Positions 62,246-64,000 of a stretch of DNA of 64,000 nt are shown here, piece by piece. The position numbers and the translations under genes were made by a program. The notes below the pieces were generated by a model, which saw only the letters and a list, made by a program, of their open reading frames with translations, made no database searches and had not been told where the DNA came from. Position 1 is the stretch's first letter, and every line of letters starts with the position of its first letter. The stretch comes from Octopus sinensis (taxonomy: Eukaryota), in assembly GCF_006345805.1 (NCBI RefSeq), contig NC_043021.1:3162001-3226000 (forward strand). Direction: 5' to 3'.

Positions 62246-62817
62246 AGAACATTATTTCAGCCTAGCTGTCAGAGAAAAACCATTGTTCCACTGTGGGAAA
62301 AGTTCTGTTGCTGTGTTAATTTAAATTTGGCTTTGGTGGATCGAATCCACTCCATGCTTGCAAGATCCTCTACAGATGTGAATCTTCGGCCGTTAATACG
62401 AAGGTGAGTCACATTCACGAGAGAATGCTGAAAAGTTCTTGGCTTTGGGTAAAAGAAAATACAGGAGGATCGGTTAATTATGATTTTATTCAACATATTC
62501 CGCTCTCAGATTTATACACTTATTGCAGCGGTCCTTCAGTTTTTTTAAGCCCTATGAAAGGGGCTCAGAAGGTTGGGCTCCCAACCAACTATTTCGCGAT
62601 ACCCTTGAAGCCAGGAACTTTTCAGCATCCCTTCGTATTAACGGCCAAAGATTCACATATGTAGTGGATTTTGCAAGCATGAAGTGGATTCGATCCACCA
62701 TAGCCAAATTTAAATTAACACAGCAACAGAACTTTTCCCACGGTGGAACAATGGTTTTTCTCTGACAGCAGTTTTACATTTTCCAGATGCCTTCAGCTAG
62801 GCCGAAATAAGGTCTTC
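62246..62817. repeat. Long inverted repeat (~160/190 bp arms) enclosing a mariner-type MITE
   Basis: 62265-62404 is approximately the reverse complement of 62630-62769; pairing resumes at 62794-62817. Confidence 0.85.
62417..62637. mobile_element. Mariner-type MITE
   Basis: TIR ACGAGAGAATGCTGAAAAGTTCTTGGCTT / AAGCCAGGAACTTTTCAGCATCCCTTCGTA. Confidence 0.75.
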
Positions 62818-63499
62818 ACCACTTGACCCTTTCTAACCTCTTCTACTTCACCAAAAGCTAGAATAGAAATAACAAGACCACTAACTAAATCTATTGTTCT
62901 CAATGGTATATCTATCCTTCTGGATAGTTAGAAAAGCAAGCACATCCCAAGCAAAAGGCAGTTAGTCACAGTCGGTGACGACTCAACCAGGAAGTCACTC
63001 CGGTGACAACGAAGTCTGGCTGACCAGCTAGAACCTTGGTCAGAGGGAGAAATGAAGTTTACTGTCAGCAACTGTGAGACAACACCATACAACTCTCACT
63101 AGCTCTAATTCTGTTCTCTTACAACATCATTCTATCTCTCTCTGTAATTACTACTAAACAATGAAGAGGACACAAACACAAACTTTACTTTGCATGCTTT
63201 TGGATTTATCAAAACCTGCTCGTCGAAGCAAGATATTGTAACGTAACGGTAAATAAATACTTTCTTAAAACTTCATGCATTGTTCATCTTTCACATGCTA
63301 CAACATGACGTTATAATAACAAATTTTTATCGTTCCAACTGCTGACTCCGACATTTCATAATATTGTGTACCTAATCAATCTTACCTGCTACAATTGGTA
63401 ACTATACTCTAATAAAAACCTAACCGTTACACATATTAACAGTCAAAGAGCCGGATATGATTCGCGAGCTACGGTCTGGCCACCTCGTAAGTACACACA

Positions 63500-63740
63500 T
63501 ACATGTAAGCATGTCTATGTGAGTGTGTGCGTCTTTGTGTTTCCCCGTGCCACCGCTTGACGATCAGTGTTGGTGTGTTTACATTCATGTAACCATAGCA
63601 GTTTGGTAAAAGACAAAAAAAACATAGAATACCAGACTTTAAAAATAAGTACTTATGTCGATTTGTTCGATTAAAACCTTTCAAGGCTGTGCCCCAGCAT
63701 GGCCGCAGTGCAATGCCAGAGACCAGTAAATGAGAAAAAA
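63500..63740 (+). mobile_element. Degenerate SINE family A 3' half
   Basis: GTTGGTGTGTTTAC...GTCGATTTGTTCGATTAAAAC...CCAGCATGGCCGCAG. Confidence 0.6.
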
Positions 63741-64000
63741 TACTGCTGACCAATTTTGAAACTGAAACATAGCTCAGACTGAAAGTTAAAATCTTGTATG
63801 AGATAATAAAATTTTGGGGCTTCAAACTACTTTTTTTTTTTTCAACGAAATTTTTTCGTTTGAATATTCGAAATTGAATTTTTGATGTCTGGTTCAATCC
63901 TCGCAAGAAACAAACGAATGCCCACCATCACCAGACTGAGCGATTTTTAGATCATGTGTTTGATGACAATTCCATTTCCTGTAGTAACCTTTTAGCATTC

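Overview
AT-rich eukaryotic (animal) DNA. The repeat content (tRNA-derived SINEs with internal TA/TG microsatellites, long CA/TA tracts) suggests Octopus or another coleoid cephalopod; this is inferred, not proven. One protein-coding gene is supported, on the + strand: a coding exon of about 11.6 kb (ATG 14785 to GT donor after 26429) spliced in phase over an 8.56-kb intron to a last coding exon (34990-35737), giving a protein of about 4130 aa. The protein has an AT-hook/basic N-terminus, an 11-aa x14 array, a 13-aa x44 SP/SIM-like array, poly-Ser and poly-His tracts, and about 22 dispersed C2H2/C2HC zinc fingers without TGEKP linkers, including a triplicated Trp-containing double finger. The rest is transposon-derived or low complexity: three SINE families, TTAA piggyBac-type MITEs, hAT and pogo-type MITEs, mariner and Tc1 transposase fossils, non-autonomous Helitrons, RTE and CR1/L2-group LINE 3' ends, and a cluster of fold-back elements in TA microsatellites at 47.5-52 kb, one carrying a Penelope-type minimal hammerhead motif with a mutated core. 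No rRNA, true tRNA or CRISPR features are supported.
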